DNA of 64,000 nt from Trypanosoma brucei (lineage: Eukaryota), in the NCBI GenBank assembly GCA_000002445.1, contig CH464491.1, positions 1,920,001 through 1,984,000 of the forward strand, given 5' to 3'. Below the pieces are notes generated by a model. It did no database searches and had not been told where the DNA came from. It was given only the letters and a program-made list of their open reading frames with translations. The position numbers were made by a program, and so were the translations under genes. The stretch's first letter is position 1; each line of letters opens with the position of its first letter. Below are positions 63,851-64,000 of the stretch, one piece after another.

Positions 63851-64000
63851 CACCCCGTCATGAGAGGATTCCTCAGTTCCGACCAACTCTAGTAATTTCC
63901 CGCACATCTCGTCCGGTTTCAATGCGCCAGCAAGGCGCATAGTCACCAACACCGCCTCAACGAACTCAACAAACGTCAGGCGTCGCTCAGATGCGACAAG
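63851..64000 (-). CDS. possible C-terminal end (50 codons) of a further minus-strand gene entering from beyond the window
   Basis: Frame open from the window edge to a TGA at 63848-63850 (...FVEFVEAVLVTMRLAGALKPDEMCGKLLELVGTEESSHDGV*). Only 50 codons, so chance is not excluded. Confidence 0.25.

Overview
The window appears to be a kinetoplastid (Trypanosoma brucei-like) chromosomal segment. Every convincing gene lies on the minus strand, so it is one unidirectional polycistronic transcription unit. The evidence is intron-less, GC-biased long ORFs separated by AT-rich or pyrimidine-rich spacers full of microsatellites and homopolymer runs, and no prokaryotic operon signals, tRNA or rRNA genes, or CRISPR. 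About 27 protein-coding genes are called.

Genes recognised from motifs, in coordinate order:
- A PIF1-family DNA helicase (5' end of the gene only; the C-terminus runs off the window).
- A START-like membrane protein.
- A 1666-aa coiled-coil protein.
- A tail-anchored SNARE-like protein.
- A coiled-coil/WD40 protein.
- A cytochrome-b5-reductase-like flavoprotein.
- Two paralogous CaMKK-like protein kinases flanking a 4-kb ORF-free low-complexity spacer.
- Proteasome alpha type-7.
- A RAD51-paralogue-like RecA ATPase.
- Pterin-4a-carbinolamine dehydratase.
- A PA-domain-like protein.
- Two near-identical copies of the EF-hand soluble inorganic pyrophosphatase (VSP1 type), as 1477-bp direct repeats around a DEAD-box RNA helicase gene.
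- An MCT-1/TMA20 PUA-domain protein.
- A TRAF-zinc-finger coiled-coil protein.
- A 1006-aa helical protein.
- A Ser/Pro-rich low-complexity protein.
- A PSP1-C domain protein.
- A NIF3-family protein.
- A cdc2-related kinase.
- Seryl-tRNA synthetase.

Most notable for follow-up are the segmental VSP1 duplication, whose differences cluster at the gene termini, the 4-kb spacer between the kinase paralogues, and two perfect hairpins (one in that spacer, one in the spacer upstream of the PIF1 gene).
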